Positions 52,113 to 64,000 of a stretch of 64,000 bases of DNA are shown in pieces. Position numbers and translations under genes: made by a program. Location of the stretch: NCBI GenBank assembly GCA_043228905.1, contig JBHGNT010000013.1:17918001-17982000 (forward strand). The letters run 5' to 3'. Under the pieces are notes generated by a model. It made no database searches. It saw only the letters and a program-made list of their open reading frames with translations, and was not told the origin of the DNA. The DNA comes from Azolla caroliniana. Taxonomy: Eukaryota > Plantae > Polypodiophyta. Position 1 is the stretch's first letter. Every line of letters starts with the position of its first letter.

Positions 52113-55100
52113 TGTCGCGTTGTTACGCACGTGCGTGGAGAAAGGCAAGACCACGGGGGTCTTGGACTAGGGAGTGACGGAGCGTAGGAAGTCTTACTTC
52201 ACCATTTCCGGGGCATCCCAGAAGCACACCGGAAGCAATCAAAGAGAGAGAGAGAGAGAGAGAGAGCGCTTGACACTAACTCATGCACACACATGCGCAC
52301 ACACACACACAGGCCAAACCGACTCACGCCCTTATGTACAGGAAACGCAGGAAGGGGGAAGCACTCGACACCAGCAAAGACGCGAATATACACAGACAGA
52401 CGCAAACGTATATATATATATAAGGGAGAATACATTCCCGGCGTCGAGCCGGACCAAGGTAGGTTATAGCAGTCGTCGGTTGCCAAGCCGCCAGTCGGGG
52501 AGCTCACGGGCTTGTCGCGCCGAGCGGGGTCTTGCGCAAGAGACGAGCTGAAGCAAACCCTAAGCGAACACGAAGGGGGTAGAAGAAGAAGAAGAAGAAG
52601 AAGAAATGTAGCTAACCCTAAATCTAACGGTATACCCTCTAACGCAAAATGGGCAACCATTTCACAAAGGCCGCTCCCTTCCTTTTATAGAACAAGGAGA
52701 GGGATGCGTTACAATGTGGGATAAATCCCGACTTACATGGGATCGTCTGTCCCGACTTGACTACTCTTCGGCGCCATAAAGGCGCCCTCGTTATTCACAC
52801 TAAATGTACAAGTGTGAGCACACACGTTACACCCCGTCGATGTAGCCAATGTTTCCCAGTTTCCGCCTCTGGCCGAAATTCTTCACGACATCCGCCCCCA
52901 CCTAACTACACGTCCACCGGTACGTGCCAAATCTGGTTGAAGGGTGAGAGATTTCGGCCGGTGAGAAACCGGTCTTCCGTGATCCGCATCCCGGCTCACT
53001 GCCGGCTTGATCCGTCGGCTTCGATTCTTCCTTCGCGCTTACCTCCCCGTAGGCTCGTTCGACCCGTCGATGGGTCCTCTGCCGCGATCTCCGTAGTACG
53101 CGTACTTCCGTTGGCCCTTGTTCGGCCGTATGAACGCCCGCTCCCCGCCGTATGCCCGATGTCCTTCGCTCGAGGAAAGCCCGTAGCGGCCCGCTTGGCC
53201 TCCATTGATCATTCATGTTGTCCTGATTGCCGTCCCATGCTACTTTGCGTTGCCTTCATCCTCTCGCCGCCACCTTCCTTCCCCATGCTCTTTACATCGC
53301 CGCGTCGGCTCAAACCTCCATGGTGTCCGGACGGTGTGGAGGATGCTTTCTGACCTTCTACGCGCTACCTCTGAACCGCACAACCTATCTCCGCGCTCGC
53401 CTTTCCGCTCCGGCACCTCCGCGTGCCACATACCCTCGTCCGTTGTTTGGCTCTGCCTGTGCCGTACTCCGGTTCATTGCACGCCTTGTCGACCCCTTTC
53501 CCGGCCAGATCGTGCATTGCCGCTCACCCGCATACCGGTGTCCTCCGCATCCGAGGAACACCCCGTAGTAGCCTGCTTGGCCCTTCCCGTCTTCGTGTTG
53601 TTGCAACAGGTCCCGAGTCTTCCGCTTGTCGTCGTTCCCTCGCCCCACCAGCTTGTCACCCCGGCTTGCCGTGTCAGTCTTCGCTACTTCGATGGAGCTA
53701 CCGAGATCTATGAAGCAAGTGTGGAGGATCCTCCTCCGGCCTCTTTTGCCATCCCCTGACTCCGACCCTGTGCAGTCCACCAGGCACTCGTCACCTCCTT
53801 CCCGGCACCTCCCTTGTGCCGTCTTCCGCTTCCTTTGTTCGGCACCGCCCGTGCCGAACCACTGTCCCGTAGTCACGCTTCGATCCGGCCCGCGATGGCC
53901 ACTTGCGAGACTCTTGTTCCGTCCCAGGTGTGCCTTTCCGGCCCGACACACCTCCTCGTGTTTGCCCCTACCGGCTCCTTCCGAAACCTCGTGTCGTCGG
54001 ATCCCGTTCCCTGCCGACACCAACCTTCTCTCTCGGTCTCACGTTGCCACGTTGGCCGAACTGCCAAAGTCTCCGGATCGGTGTGAGGGTCCCATAGGAC
54101 CGGACTCCGTTTCCATGCTTGCCGAAATTCGAGTGTCTTTTGTTTGAGTCCCTCCCGGACTCTCCTCGTGTCTTCCGCGTAGTCGGGTCCCGTTTCCCGC
54201 CGCCACCAACCTTCTCTCTCGGTCTCACGTTGCCACGTTGGCCGAACTGCCAGAGTCTCCGGATTGGTGTGAGGGTGCCATAGGACCGGACTCCGTTTCC
54301 ATGCTTGCCGAAATTCGGGTGTCTTTTGTTTGAGTCCCTCCCGGACTCTCCTCGTGTCTTCCGCGTAGTCGGGTCTCGTTTCCCGCCGCCACCAACCTTC
54401 TCTCTCGGTCTCATGTTGCCACGTTGGCCGAACTGCCGGAGTCTCTGGTTAAGTGTGGGGATCCCGTAGGACCGGACTTCCTTACGCTCACTGACCTTGC
54501 CGGAAGGTCCGATTTGGTTCGTGGCCGCCTCGCCAGCCTGATACCTCCTTGCCGTTCGTCACCTCTGTCATCCGATCACGTTCTCCTGCCACCACCGATC
54601 TTCCCTATGGGACTCACGCCGGCTCTCGGGTCGACCGCCGGATCGGTGTGAGGATCTTCGTGGGACCTCGGTTTGCCCGCCTTGCCGCCACCACCGTTCT
54701 TCACTCTAGGTCTCACGTCGACTCTCGGGCCGATCGCCAGAGTCTCCAGAACCATTGTGTGTAAGGTCGCTGCAGCACCGCTCGCCGCCTGGTCACGTTC
54801 ACCTGCCGCCACCGTCCCTTCCTATAGGACTCACGCCGGCTCTCGGGCCGACCGCCGGATCGGTGTGAGGATCTTCATAGACCGCCCATCCGTAGCCCTT
54901 GCCTTCGTCCCCTCGCTACCACCGTCAGTATCTTGGTCTTACGTCGACCGTGTTGCCGACTGCCGAAGTCTCTAGATCCGATGTGAAGGATCCTCCTTGG
55001 GCCTCTGATTTGTCTTCCTGACCCTATCCCGGGCCGTCCTTTTCCGCATGTCGAGAGGGCGGTTTTCTCCGCACCCTCTCCCATGGTACCGACGTACCGT

Positions 55101-57320
55101 GTCCTCGGCCTCTTCGTAGGCCTGCTCTCTTCCTCCCTCCCGGAATGGTCATCCAGGAGTCCGCTCCGCCCGGTTCTCGTCCGGGTCCGTTCGTCATTCT
55201 CCGGATTGCCGGGTCCCGTTTTCCTGTCGCCACCAACCTCTCCTATAGGACTCACGCCGGCACTCGGGCCGACCGCCAGATTGGTGCGAAGATCTCATGG
55301 GACCGGTCTTGGTTCCCTTCATCCCTTGTACTTCTCCCGAACTCGTCATTTCTCTCCTCTCCGCGTTCTCGCCTCCATCCTCCATCTCTTTCGGTCTCAC
55401 GTTGCCTCTTTGGCCGAACTGCCGAAGTCTCCGGATAGGACGCGGGGTAACCGATTTTGCAACGTCCTTCGGCGACTCGTCCGGACCACCGCCCCTTTTA
55501 GTGGTGTCGGTGGATAGCATCTGCTCTATGATCAATCAAGCCCCGCCTGAGCTTGATTCTCCAATGTCCGGAGTTTCGGCTCCGATGCCGACCTTGCCAG
55601 ACTTGTTCCGAACCTTTGATCACCTTCCTTTCCAAATCCCGACCTTCGCCTGGTTGGTCTTTCTCCCCATGTAAAAGAGGGCGGCTCGTCCCGCACCCCC
55701 TTCCGTATCGGCACTTTCATGCCGAATCCGGCCCCGATCGAACGATCCACGACCGGATTCTGCTCCATCCGCATCGGAAAGCCCATCTCCTCGTGCCACG
55801 TCCGTCCTCGGCCTCCTCACCGGCCGTTTCCCATCCATGTTCGCTGGCATCATGCCAGGACTCCTCGGTACTACCATCCATCTCCTCGGTCTTACATGGG
55901 CATACGGGCCCGAATGCCGAGTTCTCCGGAATCGGGTCCGTGGGCTTTCATCCGCTCCTTCCCCATATCGTCTCACCGGTGATTCTTGGTCTTTCGCCGC
56001 CACCTTCCTCCGCTTGGGACTCACGTGGGCACTTGGGCCCGACTGCCATCGTCTCGGGAGCAAGTGTGGGAAGACACAAAGAATCGCCCGTCCCTTTTAC
56101 GCCCTTGTCTGTAGCCACCGACTCTTCGTGGTCGGCGGTTGTCTTCTTACCGATCGCGCAAGCCCCGCCTGGGCTTGTTTCTCCGATTCCCGGGGTTTCG
56201 GGCTGACACGCCTGAAACCGCTGGTCCCAATTATCCGGTTCCGCGATCTGTATCTCGGCCTCGTCCTTGGCCGTTCTATCTCCACAAGCCGAGAGGGCGT
56301 TTTGTTCCGCACCCTCTCCCGTGGTACCGTGGTACCGATCTTCCGTCGTCGCGTGGGGCAAGTCCGTCTCCTCAGTCTCGGCTTGTGGCCTCGATCTTTC
56401 CTCTTCCTCGAGCATCGCCTCGAGAGCTACGTACGCCTCCGCAATCCGGGCCTCAACGCCGATCCTTGCCAACTCCCTTTGTCATCCGGCCTCTTCCTGC
56501 TGTGATGGCACGCCGTCGCACCCCTTCCTCTTAGCCTTCTCGGCTCGCTCATCATCTAGTCGTTGGCAGACCCTTCCGACCTTCGACCAATCCTCCGTAA
56601 GCCCATTCGCTCCGTCATCGTCTTCGAGCTCAATCTCGATGGCCTCCCGTTCCGCTCAGTCGATCGACCTGATGAACAATAGGACCTTGTCCGCCCCCAC
56701 CAAACCTTGTTCCCGCTCTGGGAGCCGAGCAAGCCGTCGCTCAAACTCTCTGAACGCCTTGGTCGCGCCCCGGTGGGTCTTTGCCGATGCTACCCACTGG
56801 TCGAAGTCATGTCGACCCCGGCTCTTCCGCCGTCCTCCGTATGCCTTCAGGAGCGCCTCTTCGAAGGCCTCCCACGAACTATGAGCCTCATGGAGCTCCT
56901 TTACTTCCGCATGCATCCGGACATCTACGACCCGACAGAAGAACCCCAGCCTCAACGCCTCGTCTACGCCACGCTCCTCCATTTCCGCGTTGTAGGCTTC
57001 CAAGTAAGATGGGACTTTGTCCCCGTTGAAACGGCCGACTCTTTCGACCACTCGCTCAATTGCTTGTTGCGCTACTTCTCACCTCATCACCACTCGTGCC
57101 GACTCCAACACCACTTCGGCCACCATCGCCGCGAGGTCATCGTCTTCCGACTCCATCCTCCCTTGCCGCCTTTCACGTTGGGTTCACCAAAGATGTCGCG
57201 TTGTTATGCGCGTGCGTGGAGAAAGGTGGGACCACGGGGGTCTTGGACTAGGGAGTGACGGAGCGTAGGAAGTCGTACTTCACCGTTTCCGGGGCATCCC
57301 AGAAGCACACCGGAAGCAAT

Positions 57321-57364
<44 letters not shown>

Positions 57365-57971
57365 TTGACACTAACTCACACACACACACACACACACAGG
57401 CCAACCCGACTCACGCCCTTATGTACAGGAAACGCAGGAAGGGGGAAGCACACGACACCAGCAAAGACACGAATATACACAGACAGACGCAAACGTATAT
57501 ATATATAAAAGGGAGAATACATTCCCGGCGTTGAGCCGGACCAAGGTAGGTTACAGCAGTTGTCGGTTGCCAAGCCGCCGGTCGGGGAGCTTACGGGCTT
57601 GTCGCGCCAAGCGGGGTCTTGCGCAGGAGACGAGCTGAAGCAAACCCTAAGCGAACACGAAGGGGGTAGAAGAAGAAGAAGAAGAAATGTAGCTAACCCT
57701 AAATCTAACGGTATACCCTCTAACGCAAAATGGGCAACCATTTCACAAAGGCCGCTCCCTTCCTTTTATAGAACAAGGAGAGGGATGCGTTACAATGTGG
57801 GATAAATCCCGACTTACATGGGATCGTCTGTCCCGACTTGACTACTCTTCGGCGCCATAAAGGCGCCCTCGTTATTCACACTAAATGTACAAGGGTGAGC
57901 ACACACACTACACCCCATCGATGTAGCCAATGTTTCCCGGTTTTCGCCTCTGGCCGAAATTCTTCACGACA
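52113..57971 (-). mobile_element. Element D: non-autonomous Gag-only LTR element of the Trp-primed family
   Basis: LTRs at 57971-57194 and 52890-52113 (778 bp, roughly 3% diverged by eye), Trp PBS, and PPT GTTAGGTGGGGGCGGA like element B. Gag is homologous to B and C; no PR/RT/INT motifs recognised. Removing the element plus 4 bp restores the host gag frame (SRPV/TRDGPTPMEIE). Confidence 0.9.
54021..54480. repeat. 186-bp tandem repeat (about 2.5 copies) inside element D
   Basis: CAACCTTCTCTCTCGGTCTCA at 54021, 54207 and 54393; degenerate relatives extend to ~56050. Confidence 0.92.
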
Positions 57972-60900
57972 TCGTTACAAGGGATGGCCCAACTCCGATG
58001 GAAATAGAGACAACACAACGTCGAGGGCCTTTATCTGATGCTAAGAAACAACGACGTCGAGTGCATCGTCTATGTCTATATTGCGGTGGTCCAGGACATA
58101 TCGTCGTGAATTTCCCACATAAACCTAGACGTCAAGTATACCAAGTAAGTGCACAAGATATTCCTACTTCGAGCTCCATTGTTACTTCTAATAACGTCAA
58201 CAAGCCTAATAGTCCATGCCATGAGAATAGATTCAATGTATTGAGTCAATTAGAGGATGTGTTAAACGATTAAGTCCGGCCAAAATAGGAGCCATTTGGT
58301 TGACCATCCTAGATATGTAGAGTTAGTCCCTAGTCGTGGTTCCATTTTATCAAGTCAAGTGAGTAGAGTTTTTTCTGCGCAAGTTGAGCTTACCACATCT
58401 ACATGTCATCGAGTCCTAGCCCTCCTAGATTCTGGAGCCAACTCTTGTTTCATGGATCGTGACTTTGCATTGTCACAAAACATCCTCTTGAATAAGCTCC
58501 CGCACCTAGTAGCCGTAGGAGTCATTGATGGCATCAGGTGATATAGTCGAGGAGTCCGAGCCAATTCGTATAGTTCTTGGCAATTTGGCAAGCATAATCT
58601 CTTTCAACATCATTCGTAGTCCAGAACACCCAATAATTCTAGGTCTCCCTTGGTTTGAACTCCATAACCCGAAGATTGATTGGATGAAAAGAATAATTGA
58701 GGAGACCCAAGAAGAAAGAACAAAGGTCACATCCCTCAAATCTCCAACATTTGATCCTAGACCCCATAAGTTATCTACCATCTCTCTATGCCAATTACGT
58801 GAGGAAGGGGGGACTGAGGATATGTTTTTCTTTGCAATAGTGGCAACTCCGTCATCCACCTTACATGAAGGGGACATTCAACTACCAGATAAATACAAAG
58901 AGTTTTCAGATGTCTTTGATAAGGTGAAGGCCAATACATTGCCGAAGCATCGGCCATACAACTACCCTATTGACTTGCAACCGGGGAAAGAACCTCCATG
59001 GGGCCCAATTTATAATCTTTCCCCTGTATATCGAGGAGAATATATCGAGGAGAATCTCACAAATGGATTCATTCGACATTCTAGATCCCCTACTAGTGCA
59101 CCTATCTTCTTCGTTAAGAAAAAGAATGGGTCTCTTAGGTTGGTCGTGGATTATCGAGGGCTAAACAAAGTGACCATCCGGAATCGATATGCTTTACCGT
59201 TAATCCCGAATCTTTTGGAACATCTTAGTGGAGCAAAATATTTCACAAAGTTGGACCTTCGTGGTGCATATAATCTAGTTCAGATTCGTCCGAGGGATGA
59301 ATGGAAGACTGCTTTTCGCACTCGCTATCGACATTTTGAGTATACTGTGATGCCATTCGGTCTCACGAATGCACCTACAATTTTCCAGCATATGGCGAAT
59401 GATATTTTTCGAGATTTTCTCGATATCTTCACTATAGTTTACCGAGATGACATTTTGATCTATTCGAAGACCCAAGAGGAACATGATGAACATGTTCGTC
59501 AGGTACTACGTCGGCTACGAGAATATGGTCTTTATGCAAAATTAGAAAAGTGTAGTTTCGGCCAAAATCAAGTGGAATTTTTGGGGTACGTTGTATCCTC
59601 AAATGGTATTTCTATGGACCCCATGAAGGTTCAAGCAATTCTAGAGTGGCAGACTCCCCTTTCAGTTATAGGAAATTTATTAAAAATTATTCTAAGGTCG
59701 TGCTTCCGCTCACTCAACTCACACACAAAAATCAACCATTCATTTGGAGTTTGGATGCAGCCGAGGCATTTGAAAGTTTAAAGCAGGCATTTACAACGGC
59801 CCCGATCTTAGCGCATGTCAACCCAACAAAACGCTTCATCCTTGAAGCTGATGCATCCGATTTTGCACTAGGAAGTGTCTTGTCGCAAACTGGAGATGAC
59901 GGAGAGCTACATCCTGTCGCCTTTCATTCCCGAAAGTTTGAAACTGCAGAGATCAACTACGAGATCCATGACAAAGAACTTCTTGCAATCATGGACTCTT
60001 TTCTACAATGGCGACATTTTCTAGAAGGCTCTTCTTAGCGGATCATTGTCTACAATGATCATAATAACTTGACATATTTCCAAAATGCTCGAGTCCTGAG
60101 TCGGCGACAAGCCCAGTGGGCACAATTTTTGACTCACTTTGACTTTGTAATCATATATCGCCCTGGGATGCAGCAAGGTAAAGCAAATGCGCTTTCTCGA
60201 CGCTCTTATATGGAACTTCGTCCAGGGGAACCTGCATTTGAGCATCAAAAACAAATCCTTTTGGGTCCTAATCGCCTACGATTAATGGTAGTTAATGCCA
60301 TAACAACACTTGAAGATTCCACTCTTCTTGATTCCATTCGAGATCATATGGCCACTAATGAATTTTCCGAGGAGGTTTTGGATCATATTGTCCCAAATCG
60401 TGCTTCTAGTTCGCAGTCGAAAAACCCTCAGCAGGACTATCGTTTGTTCTATTGGCATGGTGGTTTTCTATTTCGACAAATCCTATTGTATGTTCCTGAT
60501 GGTCCCCCAAGACTACAAGTTCTACAACATTGCCATGACTCACCAATGGCTGGACATTTTGGATTTCGCAAAACTCTAGAATTAGTTTCTCGACAATATT
60601 GGTGGCCTCGTCTTCGTCGTTTTGTTGAGTATGTTCGCAACTGTGATTCCTGTTGTCGATCAAAGAGTCCTCGCCACCGATCCTATGGCTTACTACAACC
60701 ACTTCCCATTCCGGAAAATCCTTGGAATTCTATATCCTTGGATTTCATTACCGATCTCCCAGTTTCAAAAGTTTATGATGCAATTCTCACAGTGGTTGAT
60801 CGACTTACCAAAATGGCACATTTCGTGCCATGTACGAAGTCTATTACTAGTCAAGAGGTGGTCGATCTAGTTATGTGGGAGGTATTTAAGCACCATGGTC

Positions 60901-61398
60901 TTCCGGATGATATTATTAGTGATCGGGGTCCACAATTTATTTCAAAGTTTTGGAAGCATATACTCAAACTTCTCCGAATTTCAGCTAAGCTTTCTTCGGG
61001 CTTTCATCCTAAGACTAACGACCAAACTGAACGTACCAACCAGACATTGGAGCAATATCTTCGTTGTTTCATCAACTACCAACAAGATGATTGGGTTGAT
61101 TTTTTGCACTTGGCTGAATTCGCTTACAACAACTCGGTCCATTCTTCTACGAGTTATTCCCCATTTTTCGCAAATACAGGCCACCATCCTCGGTGGACAA
61201 TGAATATGCATCCACAAGTGCGTACCAACCCTGTTGTTGCGGATCATCTTAGTCCCCTCCAAGAAATTCACGTTGCTATTCTTCACAATTTACATGATGC
61301 ACAAGTTACACACAAGAGGCTTGCAGATCGTCATCGCCTAGATTCCTCCAAAAAAATTTGTGTTGGGGATCGTGTATGGCTTCTCCAACACAACATCA

Positions 61399-61925
61399 AA
61401 AGAGGGGAACCTAGAACCAAAAGCCTAAAACTAAATGAGGATAAGAATAACTAAAACCCTAACGGTCTACCTCAAAACATCAAAATGGGGACGGTCCCCT
61501 TTTATGGTGACTCCTCACCCCCTTTTATAGTAGAAAGGGGTAAGGTTTATTACAAAAAGGAGAGATCAAATATTCCACTCTTTTCAAAGAGGAATATTTG
61601 CCTTGATTTTAGAAGAAGAAATTGATAGGGCCTGAACTCACTCCCCTCTCATTTTTACACACACACCACCATGCCCTCTACTTATTACAATCGTATTTCC
61701 ATGCACTCCCCATAGTCTACATGTGCATGTGCACCTAAGTGCACATCACATTTATACTGTATGAACTTCTTAGTGTACTTTTAGCACCTTACATTTCACC
61801 TTCCCTCATACATTTGTTTTTCTTATTCCTATTTACAAATTTATAAAGTCCATGTGCAATGTGGCACATACCCATTGTATTCGTCCCGCTCGGTTTTCGC
61901 GCCATAACCAAAAATCCTCACGACA
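61399..61925 (-). mobile_element. Truncated LTR related to the solo LTR at 24651-25399
   Basis: Shares GTGCACATCACATTTAT...TTTAGCACCTTA...ATGTGCAATGT.GCACAT...TCACGACA with 25210-25399; cuts off the element E integrase. Confidence 0.8.
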
Positions 61926-62293
61926 ACGCCCCCTGACATGTCATCTTTCCCGGCCGCTTACAATACATCCTCCATTGTCAAGGAGCCAAAATTTCCTACC
62001 TAATGTCCAGACTATCGTGGCCCCACGCCTTGATAGTGCTCTTCAAAAATCCTCACGGTCGTCGCCTCTCATGGTTTTGTCTAACCATGAAAATTTGGAC
62101 AGAGTGCCTCCCATCCTGGCTCTTCACCCTCGCATAGGCCGAATAGTTATCGATCACCTTTGTCTCCATCCAGGCCGTCGTAATGTAGGGCTCTCCCAAG
62201 ATCACCAGATGGGAAGATGACTCCTACACGAAGAAATGTTGGTCAATTTCGACGTCACTGACCTTCATCCAGACATTCAAGCATGATCCATGT

Positions 62294-62385
62294 TGTCAGG
62301 AATAGTACTGAGACCAAGAGGAAATTAGTACTAAGAGATGAACATTAGTACTAAGAGGAAAAGAGTATGTAGAACACTCTAGAGA

Positions 62386-62431
<46 letters not shown>

Positions 62432-64000
62432 TGATGACAACGATATATTATGTGAAAAGAATATACAAGGATGGCTAGGAGGCTTAAGACTGGCGTTGAA
62501 CCGATTTGGTTCGAAATAATGCATTGTAACTCCTTTTATAGTGTTCTTAGGAGTACTACTGAAGTTTCTAGAATGTTCGAGAGAAATCTGGAATATACAT
62601 CAATTTTCTATAGTAAAACTTCAATGAATATAATATTCTTTATATTACAACCTATAGTTAATGGTCAAGAGCGTGACCCATGTAACATAAGGTCATGGGT
62701 TCGAGTCTTGTCATATTATGACACTATCCCCCCTTTAAAACGATGAGTGTCACGAGTCGTTTTGGATTGGGGACCCGGTTTTTTTGGATATTGAAGATGG
62801 AAGTCTTCAAGAAGAGCAAAAGCATTGGTCATATTCTCCAAGTATGCTCGTTGGGACTATATCCTAGCCAATCGACTAAATAGTAGAGCTTGTTGCAAAC
62901 AATCTTGGAATCGAGGATGGCAGCAACCTCGTACTCAAGTCCATCTTCAAGTTTGATCGGGGGTGGAGGTTCTTTAATACGACTTGAGATGGTGCTGTCT
63001 TCATAAGGTTCGAGGAGAGAACTATGAAACTTCGGATGTATCCGAAGTTGTGGAGGTAGATCGAGACGAAAAGTGACATCATTAATTTTTCCGATAATAC
63101 AGAAAGGACATAATCGCCGATAATCCAATTTCTCGCATGGGCGAGTAGTCTTGATGTGTCGGCGTAGTAGCCATACCCGATCTCCAATGTTAAAATTGGA
63201 TGGAAGTCGATGACGATCTGCGTAAACCTTGTGTGTTTGTTGAGCTTGTTGTAGATGAGTAGATAAATCCGCTTGTATCTTGCTTAACCGCTCCAAATGA
63301 TCCTCTACGCAAGGATTTGTGGGTAACTCTAGGGTTTCAAATACACACCACCGAGGGTGACAACCCGTATAAGCATAAAATGGTGTAAACTTTGTCGATG
63401 AGTGAATAGAGTTATTATACGCAAATTTGGCGAAGTGGAGAATATTCGCCCAGTCATCTTGATGATAGCTTAGAAAGCACCGAAGATACTGCTCCAACGT
63501 TTGATTTGTTTGTTCTGCTTGGCTGTCTGTTTGCGGGTGGTAGCTGGAGGAGAGGTTACAAGTGACCTTGGGCATTTTAAAGAGGTGCTTCCAGAATTTT
63601 GAGATGAATTGGGGTCCACGATCGTTGATGATACTATCGGGAAGGCCATGATGCCTACATACTTCACGCATGACAATTTCAGCGGTTTCTTCACTAGAGA
63701 TTTCCTTAGTACATGGCAGGAAATGGGTCATCTTCGTATATCGATTAACTATTGTTAAGATCGCATCGAATCCCTGAGAGACCGAAAGATCTGTGATGAA
63801 ATCTAGAGCAATGGATTGCCACGGCTTGCTTGGAATTGGTAATGGTTCTAATAAACCATATGGATGATGCCTTGGCATTTTTGCTCTGCAACATGTATCA
63901 CAAGTTCGAACAAATTCTTCGACAAATTGTCACATATGGGGCCACCAGAATGATCGTTGTACTAAATCTAATTTTTTAGTACTACCAAAATGCTCTGTTG
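62294..64000 (-). mobile_element. Element F: 3' end of a chromovirus (integrase + chromodomain + 3' LTR), continues beyond the window
   Basis: INT (WQSIALDFIT, NDRGPQF, YHPQTDSQ), chromodomain EYEVAAILDS...YYLVDWLGY...TW, PPT AAAGGGGGGATAG, LTR 62723-62294 (TGTCA...TGACA). Confidence 0.92.

Larger units (their letters stand above)
50732..61398 (+). mobile_element. Element E: Tcn1/chromovirus-like Ty3/gypsy, split by element D, 3'-truncated
   Basis: 5' LTR 50732-51212 (TGTCA...TGACA). Gag REPKISLPAKFDG at 51298-52112 continues at 57976 (PMEIE, CLYCG..GH), then PR LLDSGA, RT KLDLRGAY/MPFGLTNA/YRDD, RH DASD/YEIHDKELLA and INT HDSP.AGH/SDRG. Confidence 0.92.

Noticed and set aside
52757-57268. 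Many overlapping plus-strand ORFs in element D (and minus-strand ORFs in element B)
   Set aside because: Expected in GC-rich DNA with few stop codons; no domain motifs seen.
61926-61929. ACGC next to an LTR end as a fifth CpG target site
   Set aside because: It may be part of the element's own PPT (AGGGGGCGT on the minus strand), and the other flank is lost, so it was not counted.

Overview
Plant nuclear DNA, probably a seed-free vascular plant such as a fern (inferred from the highly self-similar PLS/E-class PPR family and the retroelement lineages; not provable from this window). Positions 1-32.5 kb are gene-bearing. They hold three closely related PLS-E PPR paralogs with a conserved short first exon (one intact, one questionable, one pseudogene), a fourth PPR remnant, an 8-exon proteasome assembly chaperone 3 gene that the ORF track misses, and a 6-exon GH28 polygalacturonase, with decayed LINE and copia fragments between them. 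Positions 32.5-64 kb are a block of nested Ty3/gypsy LTR retrotransposons: a Tat-like element with an extra RNase H, several members of a tRNA-Trp-primed family with TGTCG...CGACA termini, and two Tcn1/chromovirus-like elements. Main observations: (1) every scorable insertion of the Trp-primed family sits in a CpG-centred 4-bp target (ACGT, ACGA, ACGA, inferred CCGT); (2) tRNA-like A-box/B-box cassettes are embedded in LTRs of two unrelated lineages; (3) two divergent family members share a GGATTTT-TAG -1 frameshift placed after a DHG-motif protease; (4) a Gag-only partner element carries a long repeat-encoded tail in place of pol; (5) the chromoviruses show a Tf1-style self-priming signature. 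All coordinates were read by eye.
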